Made by a program: the position numbers and the translations under genes. A stretch of DNA of 59,948 bases, the filler included. It is 7 parts of 7 records of this genome, joined end to end, with 100 filler letters (N's around TTAATTAATTAA, not from the genome) between each part and the next. Parts side by side here need not be neighbours in the genome. Positions count along the whole stretch, not along the records: positions 25,319 to 32,743 come from SRR31156797_15151; positions 32,844 to 39,091 come from SRR31156797_15175; positions 39,192 to 52,621 come from SRR31156797_15185; 4 more parts are not named here. One strand, 5' to 3'. Of the stretch, positions 29,952 to 39,870 are shown in pieces. Within the stretch, counting starts at the first letter, position 1. Every line of letters begins with the position of its first letter. The notes below the pieces were generated by a model. It was not told where the DNA came from, searched no databases, and worked only from the letters and a program-made list of their open reading frames with translations.

Positions 29952-30971
29952 ATGAGCGACATGAGTAAAAGAGAGGTGGTGAAGGCCGTTCTGGACGGAA
30001 AGAAACCGCCCTACGTTCCCTGGTCATTCCGTTTTACAAAGGAAGCAGCAGAGAAGCTGGAAGGCCACTGGGGAAAAGATTGGGAGAAAAACCTGGACAA
30101 CCATTTTGTTGAATTGGGAAGCGATATCGGCTTTTTCGACGATCTGGGCGACGATCGGTTTCAGGATCTCTTCGGTGTGGTCTGGGACAGGAAAGTGGAG
30201 AAAGACATCGGTCTCCCGGAAGCTGTGGTCCTCAAAGAACCGACCCTGAAAGGATACACCTTCCCCGATCCCCTGGATCACCGTTTTTATGATGATATTA
30301 CCCGCAAAATCGACGCGGATCCCGGCCGGTTCCGGGTTTTCTGCATCGGATTTTCCCTCTATGAAAGGGCATGGTCCCTACGGGGCACGGAAAATCTATT
30401 AATGGACTTTTACGATAATCCCGAATTCGTCCACGAACTCTTCGGCAGGATCGTCGATTTCAACATCGCCATGCTGGAAAACGCAAGCACCTACGACATC
30501 GACGCCATCTACTTCGGCGACGACTGGGGGCAGCAGCACGGGCTGCTCATGGGTCCCGCTCTCTGGCGGGAGTTCATCTATCCCCATCTCAAGCGGATGT
30601 ACAAGGCTGTCCTGGACCAGGGCAAGTACATCCTGATCCACTCCTGCGGTGACGTGGACGAAGTCTTTCCGGATCTCATCGACATCGGCCTCAAATGCTT
30701 TAACCCCTTCCAGCCGGAGGTGATGGATACCGAGGAGCTGTTGGAAGAATACCGCGGAAAGCTCTCCTTCTGGGGAGGTCTGTCGACCCAGCGGACCCTT
30801 CCCTTCGGAACCGCCGAAGACGTCCTGAAAGAGACCCGCCGGCTTATCGAACTGGGGACCGAAGGGAGTTACATTCTCTCGCCCTCCCACGCGGTGGAAG
30901 GTGATGTCTCCCTGGAGAATATGTTGACTTTTATTGAAGAGGCGAAGAACCAGCAGGATTTTAAAAGATAA
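29952..30971 (+). CDS. Uroporphyrinogen decarboxylase (URO-D/MtaA) family protein
   Basis: AW.LRG.ENLLMD, GDDWGQQ, HSCG, NPFQP, WGGLSTQ.TLPFGT, SPSH. ATG at 29952 follows GGAGG. Confidence 0.88.
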   Translation: MSDMSKREVVKAVLDGKKPPYVPWSFRFTKEAAEKLEGHWGKDWEKNLDNHFVELGSDIGFFDDLGDDRFQDLFGVVWDRKVEKDIGLPEAVVLKEPTLKGYTFPDPLDHRFYDDITRKIDADPGRFRVFCIGFSLYERAWSLRGTENLLMDFYDNPEFVHELFGRIVDFNIAMLENASTYDIDAIYFGDDWGQQHGLLMGPALWREFIYPHLKRMYKAVLDQGKYILIHSCGDVDEVFPDLIDIGLKCFNPFQPEVMDTEELLEEYRGKLSFWGGLSTQRTLPFGTAEDVLKETRRLIELGTEGSYILSPSHAVEGDVSLENMLTFIEEAKNQQDFKR

Positions 30972-31080
30972 ACACAGGGTTTATCCGGTGTTCACTATCA
31001 ATATTACCACTCAGGTGCTTAGGGACAAAAAAAATAACGGACGAGCGCCTGAGAGTTGATTAAACTATCGGAGGGAATTT

Positions 31081-31124
31081 AGAGCAATGGGAAGCGCCAA
31101 CTTCTGATCCATTGCTCTTTTTTT
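31081..31124 (+). terminator. Intrinsic terminator-like hairpin
   Basis: AGAGCAATGG...CCATTGCTCT followed by a T-run. Confidence 0.7.
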
Positions 31125-31490
31125 ATGTCGGTTGATTTAAAATTTCTACGATGATTTATCTAATATAATGCGCGAGTCTACAGTGCTAAGAGAGGCCGAC
31201 TTGAATTATATTTCTTATAGTGTATTCTGGTCTGGGAAAGTCCTATATCAAAAAATTAAAGCTGAAGAAAGATTGTTCATAATATTTGGTCCGATAATTT
31301 TGATTTCAGTACTTTTTTGTCGATAGTTAGTGTAGATCTGCCTCTAAGTTATAAAGGCACACTGTCAATCCTGCCCGTCAGGATGAAAATGAAAAATCCA
31401 ACTGTGAGGAGGGGACTTTGTCTTTTATGAAGACTTTGCGTATTCTGTATAAAGCTTCATATAGGGCATTTTCCTGTAAAAAATACACGA

Positions 31491-32327
31491 ATGAACCAGT
31501 TTAAAGCATTAGCAGAACTTGAAATCCTTGGAAAGGTTTCTAAAAAAATCGTAAATCAAGAAGCCCAAACGATTCGTTTCGAGTACAGTCTTGCCAATTC
31601 TTTTATGGTAAAAGGTACATCATTAACAATATCACTGATTATGTTTATGGGATCCTTGTTGCCGTTATTTGGACCGCCTACGGAAGGACTATGGAAAGTT
31701 TCTTTAGTAATGCTGGCATTAGCATTTCCACCTTTTATACTGTTTATAGCAGCACAGAAAACCTGTCATTATTGTTTGCTCGATTTTAAAAATATGAAAA
31801 TCAGGACAGGAATAAAAAAATTAAGTAAGGAGCGGAATATTTTATCTGATGATCTCAACAATATTAAATTTATAGTTTTAGACTCAGAACGTGCTAAGGG
31901 CCGTTCCTCCTATGTTGCTTTTAAACATCACGCTGCATTTATTAATAAGGATGGTGTGCGTTTTTATTTTACAAGGCTTTTTAATGAGGGGTATTATAAG
32001 AAAGTCTTTGAGTTTTTAAAGGAATCAAGCGAAATATTTAAATTCAGTACCTTTCAAAATGATTTTATAAAAAATGCAATTCTTCAGTATTTAACAATGT
32101 TTCCTAAGTATTCATATTTAATACTGTCAATTGAAGTAAGATTTACAAATATTATTAAACCCTTACTATACGAAATGAATTTAGAACATATAAATTTACT
32201 TTTAGAAGCTCTAAACAAACATACTGAATTGAGAAACAGGATGGAAATAAGAAACTCAATATTGAAAATAGTTGAAGAGAAGTTTAAAAATAAAATAGAA
32301 AGAGAGAAATACCCAGAGGTTTTTTAA
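31491..32327 (+). CDS. AT-rich hypothetical membrane protein (two TM helices)
   Basis: 278-aa ORF with two hydrophobic segments and no recognised motif. Confidence 0.65.
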   Translation: MNQFKALAELEILGKVSKKIVNQEAQTIRFEYSLANSFMVKGTSLTISLIMFMGSLLPLFGPPTEGLWKVSLVMLALAFPPFILFIAAQKTCHYCLLDFKNMKIRTGIKKLSKERNILSDDLNNIKFIVLDSERAKGRSSYVAFKHHAAFINKDGVRFYFTRLFNEGYYKKVFEFLKESSEIFKFSTFQNDFIKNAILQYLTMFPKYSYLILSIEVRFTNIIKPLLYEMNLEHINLLLEALNKHTELRNRMEIRNSILKIVEEKFKNKIEREKYPEVF

Positions 32328-32743
32328 CATACGACCACTAGACCCTCAACTTAGTTTGGCTCCTTATGTTATTTATAGCAAGCCACCTGGTTCCGAATAT
32401 CAGGGCTTAAGTGGTACACAATCCACTTGTCAATATTCAAAATTACCTTAACTGAAAAGCTCCATATAAGCCAGGCTCATACATATAGGAGATTCTGGAG
32501 AAGGCACCACTTAAATCAGGAGATCTCAACTCATTCTCCAGATCGATTCCAGATACAGATTCAGGGAGCCGCAAGTCGTGAAAAACCGTTATTTCCTTTG
32601 AAAATTCATTACCCATTGCTTCCTCCATGAATTTCAATTATAACTCATGAAAAACAATTAAAAAACAACTATTTTGGCGAAAAATGATTATTCACAGGCA
32701 ACACTTCAGGAACTCATCTATCCAGGAATTCCCTTAAAAAGGT

Positions 32744-32843
32744 NNNNNNNNNNNNNNNNNNNNNNNNNNNNNNNNNNNNNNNNNNNNTTAATTAATTAAN
32801 NNNNNNNNNNNNNNNNNNNNNNNNNNNNNNNNNNNNNNNNNNN
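32744..32843. other. Artificial contig linker
   Basis: N-run + TTAATTAATTAA + N-run. Confidence 0.99.
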
Positions 32844-32845
32844 CA

Positions 32846-35800
32846 ACCATCAAGGATTGCACCGTCGCGTATAATGAAGGAACCTGTGGTATCGGCTTGT
32901 ATTCTCGCGGAGCGCAGCTTTCAGCGGACGGGCTCCGGCTTGGGCCAAACGGTGATGGTTCAACCTGCCAGTCTGGTTTTTCCGGCAGTGAAGTGAATGT
33001 GGATTCCGGAGGGTTGCGAATCGAATCTCAGGATGTGGAAGTATACAACACCCATTTCAAATCGGAATCAGGCACAGGTTTTCTTTTCCTCGAACCGGAT
33101 GCGAGTATGACGATCTCCGCTTCTCCTGTCTGTCAGGCTGAACCCATTTCCTCGATGGATGGCACGATGGTCGTAACGCCAATCTATTTCAGCTTGCTCC
33201 AGCAGTGGTACATCAGTGGTGCTTTGTTCAAAGATGTCATCATCAAGGGATCAGGAGGATCTCTCTGGTCAATTTCTCCAGACTTTGCTTCTTCCCCCGC
33301 GATTCTTCGTTGGACAGGCAACCCGCTCTCGCAGGATCTAAGCAATCACTGGACTGGACATGCAGAAGCAACTTTCTCGTTTGGCGGCAGATTGACAATC
33401 TACGGACCTCTCTATGATGGTGTAACAGCTCAGGCGAATCTTCTGCATGACGGCCTTCTCCTGGATGCATACGTCAGCGGATTTCATGTTCGAGAAACGG
33501 ATCCAAACTCCAACATTCTGGAATTTGTGAACGATGGGGGAGGAGACCCGACTCCTCAGATCATCCCGGTCGGTGGATATCTTTATGACAACAGTATGGA
33601 TGTAACCCTGAGTGGACGCCAGATCCTCTCTGTCGTGTTCGGGGCTGCTCAGCAACCCGGTAGTGATCTTCGGGATTTCTGGTCTGATATCACGCTTCAA
33701 GGGAGTTCTATCGTTACGTTCACTCCTCAGTATCCCACAGATGGGACAACCGAGCTGAGTTGCAACATGACCGGCCTGGGAGATGTGTTCATCAACCCAG
33801 GCGCTTCACTGGAAGTCGTGGATGGCGCCATTGTCGATCTCAGTGGAGAACTGGCAACCGGTTGTGCCGATCCCTATGAATCGGAAGGCTGGGGTACGAT
33901 CACGGTGGAAGGTGAACTGCTTGTTCGCGATGCGACCATCCAGAACACCAACGTGGATGTTACCAATGCCAACCTCGGCGGCGTTACAGACATTATCAAT
34001 AATGATATCACCATGCTGGAATCCAGCATGGGCTTCGGCGGGCAGTTTTTTGTTGAAGGTTCTTCCCTGATCCACTGTAACTATATTACGTCCTATGGCG
34101 ATCGCTATCTGGATCTCGATCCGGATCCGAGCATCCCGATCGAAGAAAGGCCTGTGTTTGAAGACAATGTCATCAAGGTCATCATTACCCAGGGGGTTGG
34201 AGGCGAGCAGGGGACTCTGCTTGAACTTCGTGCTCTGGATTACGATGAAGGATCAACAGATTGCTTTGGACAGACCATTGATGGCTCAGGTGCCTGGTGT
34301 TTTTCTTCCAGTCAGGGCTATGCCGATACCTGGGTGCTGGAACAACTGGAGATCATGCCGGGTGCAAAGGTCAACCTGACCAATCGACAGGGTTTTGAAT
34401 TCAACGGCATCGGAAATGAAGATTGCATCTATGTTAAAACACTGGTGATGCATCCGGGAGCAGTCCTCAATACAGGTCTGCAACGACTCTACTATCTGAA
34501 TCTCGTGGACGAAAACGATGTTCCACTCGTTCGGGATCCCAAGGATCCGTCCGCTCCTATGGCCAACGGTAGCCAGATTGTCGATATTCCACTGTTGGGA
34601 TTCTCTCTGGTTGTGATCAGGATGGATGATCAAACCCCGCCACCGCACAACGAATTCGATGTACGTGTCCGGACGCGATTGACCGATCCTCTCGATGAAC
34701 AGCCAATCGAACCGCCGTATTATCGTGGAACCATTGCCCGTAAGGATGTCGATGATCCCGCCAATCCGGGCACCCCGATCGGCATCATGGAAATGAAAAC
34801 ACAGGAAGAAGATCAGCGTCCGGCTACATCCATTGCCGCCAAGGGAGCTTTTGCACGTGCGGGTGACGAGTACGTCACAGTCACCTTTGACTACCTCTGG
34901 CGAGGACAGGGTGAGCTCTATGTGTACATGAGCGATTACCCAGAGGTGTCTGCCTGCTCAGGCCTGGATGATTTCGCCACTTGCCATCGTCTGATGACGA
35001 TTCTCACGCCACCGGAAACGGGTCTCCCTGGATCTATCGGCAGTGATACATTCGGAAAGTTCAGGGGACGCTTCCCTGCTAGCGAATTGAACTTTACCCG
35101 CGGAACCTATATCGAGCTGGAACTGCGAGGCCCGGATGCAGACATCTGGATCGACAACTGGGATCCGCAGATTCAGTGTCACAGCTTCTACTGCGCGGAC
35201 CTCAACAAGTCTGCCAGCGTCGATGAAATTGACTTCGTGATACTGTCCGCATCCCTCGGAGAATCGTTTGAAGATAACGATATGAACCACTGGTGCCTCG
35301 ATAACGGCCTCAGCAACTATGATGGCTACGTAGACTACCTCGACTTGCTCGGCTGGGATGCTTTCCTTTCCGACAGTACGAATCCCAGCTTCAGCCATCT
35401 GTGCAACAACCCGATCGAGTCCACGAACAAAGCGGAGGCTGGAAAGGCTCCAATCCCGCCAGGCGCATTCTCAGGAAATCTGGTCCTGGCTGGCAAACAG
35501 AGTGCCACCCAGGAGGATTCACTCCTGGTGATTCCCCCATCAGCAGTGACCTGTACGGCAGATGGTCATACCCAGTTGAATACAGGGCAGATCGCCCATT
35601 ATGATCCTCAGTGCACATCCTGCGCACGCGGAAATGGTGTTCTTTCAAAAGCACAAGGTGGGGATCTTTACCAGGTTCATGGTCTGCATGGCGTCGTCCG
35701 CAGTGAAGATGGCAAGATCGTCGTACCCCCGGCAACAATGCCCGCTGTAGGTACTAACGGTGTTGTTTGTGTGGGTGTGGTTGGAGACAATCCCAGTGGT

Positions 35801-36802
35801 TTGCCGGGTCTTCCCTTGATGGATATCGATATGGATCCTGCAGATCCAACGTCACTGTATGTCGTCCCGGTTCTGATGATCCCGGACAATCCGGCCCGTT
35901 GCCCATACACGGCGGCAGCAAAGCTGACATTGACGGATCCCGAAACGGGGTCTTATTCACTCACCCGGATCTATAGTGGAATGGCTGGTCGTGACCGGTA
36001 CACTACCGAATGCGATCCGATCATGTCACACTCGAATCCCCAGAACCAGCGGGAAATTGTCGTAGATGGCGCAGGGGCAATATACGTACTCAGTGCCAGC
36101 TATGGGTATAACGATTATCTTTTGATGTACGATGAAGCAACCGGTGGGTTGTCGCAGAAAGTATATCTCAGCGATTTCCTGCGGAGCCCATCCGCAATGG
36201 AGGTTGATCCGGATAACGGGTACTTATACCTCACTTCATCCCTGGGTTCGACAGGATCGTCCGGAGGCAATGTAAGCGTTGGACTCGAAACATTCGACAT
36301 AACTCCGGGCAGTCCGGAACAAGCCATTGCGTATTCAGGCAGTGAGGTGATCCAGCTTCCTACCTACCATTCCACAGAACAGTCTTATCCGTTCCGTGGT
36401 GTGATAACATCGGTTGAATATACCGAACAGGGCGACCGCTACATAACAGGCATGGTCCTTCCGGTATACCCGGAAAATCAGTCCTTCAACACGCAGGTTC
36501 CTTTGTTCATGAGCCCCTCGATGGCATATCTGCCTTCTGGAAAAACGGGGCCATTTACGGCTGCTGCGATTGAAGCCTTTGATTTATCTGTGCCTCTTTC
36601 TGTCGTATCCATGGGCCAGGCTGCGGCTGCAAGTGGAGACAGCGATAACGACGGTGACGTGGATCTGGCAGACTTCGCAGTATTTCAGAGTTGTTTCAAT
36701 GAAACTACTCCGTCCTGCGTTCAGGCATTTGACTTCGACAAGAATGGTGTAGTTGATTTGTTTGATTATCCGGAATTCTCCGTTCGATTCACAGGCCCCT
36801 GA
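32846..36802 (+). CDS. Large extracellular protein with beta-helix-like regions and dockerin/EF-hand-like modules (5'-truncated)
   Basis: Frame open from the contig edge. ADLNKSASVDEIDF, and C-terminal GDSDNDGDVDLADFAVFQ.CF...DFDKNGVVDLFDY. Cys-rich. Confidence 0.8.
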   Translation, partial: TIKDCTVAYNEGTCGIGLYSRGAQLSADGLRLGPNGDGSTCQSGFSGSEVNVDSGGLRIESQDVEVYNTHFKSESGTGFLFLEPDASMTISASPVCQAEPISSMDGTMVVTPIYFSLLQQWYISGALFKDVIIKGSGGSLWSISPDFASSPAILRWTGNPLSQDLSNHWTGHAEATFSFGGRLTIYGPLYDGVTAQANLLHDGLLLDAYVSGFHVRETDPNSNILEFVNDGGGDPTPQIIPVGGYLYDNSMDVTLSGRQILSVVFGAAQQPGSDLRDFWSDITLQGSSIVTFTPQYPTDGTTELSCNMTGLGDVFINPGASLEVVDGAIVDLSGELATGCADPYESEGWGTITVEGELLVRDATIQNTNVDVTNANLGGVTDIINNDITMLESSMGFGGQFFVEGSSLIHCNYITSYGDRYLDLDPDPSIPIEERPVFEDNVIKVIITQGVGGEQGTLLELRALDYDEGSTDCFGQTIDGSGAWCFSSSQGYADTWVLEQLEIMPGAKVNLTNRQGFEFNGIGNEDCIYVKTLVMHPGAVLNTGLQRLYYLNLVDENDVPLVRDPKDPSAPMANGSQIVDIPLLGFSLVVIRMDDQTPPPHNEFDVRVRTRLTDPLDEQPIEPPYYRGTIARKDVDDPANPGTPIGIMEMKTQEEDQRPATSIAAKGAFARAGDEYVTVTFDYLWRGQGELYVYMSDYPEVSACSGLDDFATCHRLMTILTPPETGLPGSIGSDTFGKFRGRFPASELNFTRGTYIELELRGPDADIWIDNWDPQIQCHSFYCADLNKSASVDEIDFVILSASLGESFEDNDMNHWCLDNGLSNYDGYVDYLDLLGWDAFLSDSTNPSFSHLCNNPIESTNKAEAGKAPIPPGAFSGNLVLAGKQSATQEDSLLVIPPSAVTCTADGHTQLNTGQIAHYDPQCTSCARGNGVLSKAQGGDLYQVHGLHGVVRSEDGKIVVPPATMPAVGTNGVVCVGVVGDNPSGLPGLPLMDIDMDPADPTSLYVVPVLMIPDNPARCPYTAAAKLTLTDPETGSYSLTRIYSGMAGRDRYTTECDPIMSHSNPQNQREIVVDGAGAIYVLSASYGYNDYLLMYDEATGGLSQKVYLSDFLRSPSAMEVDPDNGYLYLTSSLGSTGSSGGNVSVGLETFDITPGSPEQAIAYSGSEVIQLPTYHSTEQSYPFRGVITSVEYTEQGDRYITGMVLPVYPENQSFNTQVPLFMSPSMAYLPSGKTGPFTAAAIEAFDLSVPLSVVSMGQAAAASGDSDNDGDVDLADFAVFQSCFNETTPSCVQAFDFDKNGVVDLFDYPEFSVRFTGP

Positions 36803-36803
36803 C

Positions 36804-36864
36804 GATCATTGATTATGAATGGGTGTACGGACTCCTTTCCGTACACCCGTCAGAATCATTGATC
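36804..36864. terminator. Long stem-loop directly after the stop codon
   Basis: Perfect GGGTGTACGGA/TCCGTACACCC core extended by GATCA-TGATT/AATCA-TGATC. No clear U-tract. Confidence 0.5.
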
Positions 36865-36996
36865 CTGCGTTTCTGGTTACAGCTTTCCGGATTTTGTGTT
36901 TCGGTCGAAGTTCAATGACCGGAACAGGGTATATCTCCTGCGCAGGAGGCAATCCGTGCAAACAGGATTGGCATTTCCATGCTGAACAGAAAAAAC

Positions 36997-37025
36997 TTGA
37001 CACTGTGTATAGATACAAATATCCT
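36997..37025 (+). promoter_or_regulatory. Sigma70-type promoter with a near-palindromic TGTATAGATACA in the spacer
   Basis: TTGACA-17 nt-TATCCT. Confidence 0.6.
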
Positions 37026-37277
37026 GACATAGACAGGGTAGTTTCAGGCAGTTTGATGACAATGCAACGATGAACAAGGAGGTGTGTATACATCCTTTTG
37101 TTTGAGTTGTTGTTTTGAAAAAGGCGAGAGGTGTAGATTTATACTTTTCGTGGTTTCAGTTGGAATTGCATGAGACTTGAACTAGTAAACGTATACACAA
37201 TACGTTTGGATCAGATCTCATTTACAGTGTTAACTGTGGGCGGGCAGTTAACATATTACCAGAGCAGGTAAGGCAAC

Positions 37278-37952
37278 ATGATCCATTTTCAGAATGAGCT
37301 TTTCGATTGCATTCAGACCGCTAATCGTCAACGAGCAACAGATCTGGTCAAACAGTGGATGGCTGAGAACGATTCTGAACTGTTCGTACAGGACGTGCTG
37401 ATGCCGGTTCTGGATCGTTTTCGTGGTGAGGTGACTCCAGATGATCCGCAGCCACTAGCAAGTGGTTATGTTGCGGCTCGGATTACCGAAGATGCAATGA
37501 ACCTCATTGCCGAACGTCGACAACGCGATGGCTCACATCCTTCTGATTCAAGAGGGAAAATCATTCTTGGGAATATCGAGGATGATTTTCATGCCCTGGG
37601 ACGTCGTATCCTTTCAACCTTTCTTCGTGCCGACAACTGGGATGTGGATGATCTGGGTAACGATGTGCCCGCAGAGGATTTCGTCGATAGAGCAGTCGAG
37701 CAGGATGCTTGTCTGATCGGTGTGTCTGCAATGATGTATACAACGGCAAAGAACATCTCGCAGGTGCGGAAAGTGTTGAATGACCGAGGACTCCAAGGTC
37801 AGATCAAGCTTGCAGTTGGAGGAGCCGTATTCAACTTGCGACCGGAACTCATGGAGGAAGTCGGTGGTGATGGGTCAGCACCGACAGCGTTGGAAGGCAG
37901 CGAACTTTTTCAGCGATTACTGAATGAAGTTCGGAAGGTTGAGAAAGTATGA
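37278..37952 (+). CDS. Cobalamin-binding (corrinoid) protein
   Basis: Cap helices, GNIEDDFHALG (DxHxxG), DLG.DVP, VSAMM, AVGGA. Confidence 0.92.
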   Translation: MIHFQNELFDCIQTANRQRATDLVKQWMAENDSELFVQDVLMPVLDRFRGEVTPDDPQPLASGYVAARITEDAMNLIAERRQRDGSHPSDSRGKIILGNIEDDFHALGRRILSTFLRADNWDVDDLGNDVPAEDFVDRAVEQDACLIGVSAMMYTTAKNISQVRKVLNDRGLQGQIKLAVGGAVFNLRPELMEEVGGDGSAPTALEGSELFQRLLNEVRKVEKV

Positions 37953-38974
37953 TGCGTTCTCAAAGTCGATTCCATACTGTACTCGCTGGTGAAACGCCTG
38001 ACCGTCCGCTGTTCACTTCATTATTGACTCTCTATGGTGCCGGGTTGACGAAATGTCCTCTGATTCAATATTACAAAAATGCCGTTGCGTATGTAGAAGG
38101 ACAACATGCGGTATACGATACGTTCGAACCGGACATACTGTTCGCCCCGTACGCGTTTCCCATACTTGCTGAGGCGTTAGGACATGATGTTCGGTATTTT
38201 CGTGACCAGCCTCCCAATTTGTGCAAGCCGGCTTTTGAGACACCGGGAGAAATCAACAGGCTGGAATTGCCGGACATCGACAGCCATCCACGCCTGCTGT
38301 ATCTACGGGATACTGTTCGATTTCTCTCCAGGGATTTTCGAGATATAACAGGTGTTGTATCGGGTATTCCGAGTCCACTCGATTTTCCGATACTCATTTT
38401 CGGCCTGGGAAACTGGCTGGATACGGTCTTGTTTGATCCGGATGGGGCAAGCCGAGTACTGGAGAAGACAAATCCGTACTGGATTGCATGGGCAAATGCG
38501 CTCTACGAAGATGGGGCAGATTGTCTTGCTATGCCTCTTGCGATGCTGTCTTCGGATATTGTACATCCAGGCACTCTGGACCATGTTGCCAGGAAAGCAC
38601 TTGAAGAAACACTCCCCGAGATCAATGGGCCTGTTGTTCTTCATCATGGTGGTGCTTTGCTCTCTCATGTATTCACGAAGTTACATGATGTGTCTCCTGT
38701 CATACAGGGGTTTGCCATTTGTGAAGAAGATGATACCGATCGCGTCTTCCAGTTGTGTGGTCCGGATCATTTCTTCCTCGTGGGGCCGTTTGGACCAAGA
38801 CTTTCACAGGAAGGCCCGGAGAGGATCTACGAGACAAGTAGAAGGCTGATCCAGTCGTACTCTGAGCATACTCGTTTTGTTCTGTTCACTGCGGGAGCGG
38901 ACGTGCCTCTGGACACGCCAGCTGAATGTATCCATGCAATGATATCGGCTATTAAGGAGGAAATGCATGTCTGA
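37949..38974 (+). CDS. URO-D/MtaA-CmuA fold protein (methyltransferase-like)
   Basis: AEALG..V, LELPD...PRL, and C-terminal GADVPLDTP.E.I.AM. Coupled to the corrinoid gene by an ATGA overlap. Confidence 0.8.
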   Translation: MMRSQSRFHTVLAGETPDRPLFTSLLTLYGAGLTKCPLIQYYKNAVAYVEGQHAVYDTFEPDILFAPYAFPILAEALGHDVRYFRDQPPNLCKPAFETPGEINRLELPDIDSHPRLLYLRDTVRFLSRDFRDITGVVSGIPSPLDFPILIFGLGNWLDTVLFDPDGASRVLEKTNPYWIAWANALYEDGADCLAMPLAMLSSDIVHPGTLDHVARKALEETLPEINGPVVLHHGGALLSHVFTKLHDVSPVIQGFAICEEDDTDRVFQLCGPDHFFLVGPFGPRLSQEGPERIYETSRRLIQSYSEHTRFVLFTAGADVPLDTPAECIHAMISAIKEEMHV

Positions 38975-39091
38975 AACCAGCACGGTGATGTGTGTTTGTT
39001 GTTCCGTGCTGAGACGGGAAGTTGAGCATCTTCGGCAATTGCAGGGGTATCCCATGGACTTGGTGTCTCTTGATTCAGAATTGCACAACCA
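38967..39091 (+). CDS. DUF1638-like protein, N-terminal fragment (not in ORF track)
   Basis: MSETSTVMCVCCSVLRREVEHL...LDSELHN matches C.VL.RE...LH(N). AAGGAGG RBS. Confidence 0.65.
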
Positions 39092-39191
39092 NNNNNNNNN
39101 NNNNNNNNNNNNNNNNNNNNNNNNNNNNNNNNNNNTTAATTAATTAANNNNNNNNNNNNNNNNNNNNNNNNNNNNNNNNNNNNNNNNNNNN
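39092..39191. other. Artificial contig linker
   Basis: N-run + TTAATTAATTAA + N-run. Confidence 0.99.
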
Positions 39192-39870
39192 CCTTTGAGA
39201 ATGTTCTTCCGATTATGAGATTATCATATTCAAGTACCAGTCCTGAAAGGTTCCTGTCTGCAAATTCAACATAAGCCTCGTCCACAAACACAAGTCCCTT
39301 TGTAGCTTCAACTATGGCACGTATGTCTGCCTCATCCATCAGCTTGCCTGTGGGATTGTTCGGGGAACAGAGGAAAACTACTTTTGTTTTTTCTGTGATT
39401 GCGGCCTTTATTGTTTCTGCATCAAAGGCAAGTTCATTTCCGGGGTCAACATGAATTGCTACGGCACCGTTTGCACGGGCTGCAATCTCATAGTATGAGA
39501 ACGTAGGAGTCGGGATCACAACCTCATCCCCCGGACTTATCAGAAGTCTCATCAGATTATCCAGAAGGCCATCCATACCCGGACCGGAAGCACATATGTT
39601 GTCTGCAGGAAGACCTGTGTAAACTGATATTGCGTCTACCAGTTCTGTTGCATCAGCAGAAGGATAGATATTCACAGCCTGAGACGTATTTTGAAGTGCT
39701 TCAACTGCCTTTGGGGACGGACCAAGTACATTCTCATTGGAACTCAGCTTGATTATCTCTGATGGAGCAATACCATATTTTCCAGCTATTTCCTCAATTG
39801 ACTTACCCGGAACATATTCTGCAATGGATGAAACTACATCCTTGATCAGTTCAGGCCTGCTCAAGTACAT
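39192..39870 (-). CDS. hisC: Histidinol-phosphate aminotransferase (3'-truncated)
   Basis: [32 protein letters not shown]. Confidence 0.93.

Noticed and set aside
31040-31110. Glycine riboswitch on the minus strand (CTCTCAGG)
   Set aside because: The other conserved elements (GGAGA, CCGAAG) and a suitable downstream gene are missing.
37026-37277. Cobalamin riboswitch before the corrinoid gene
   Set aside because: No GGGAA...GCCACTG or B12-box pattern recognised.
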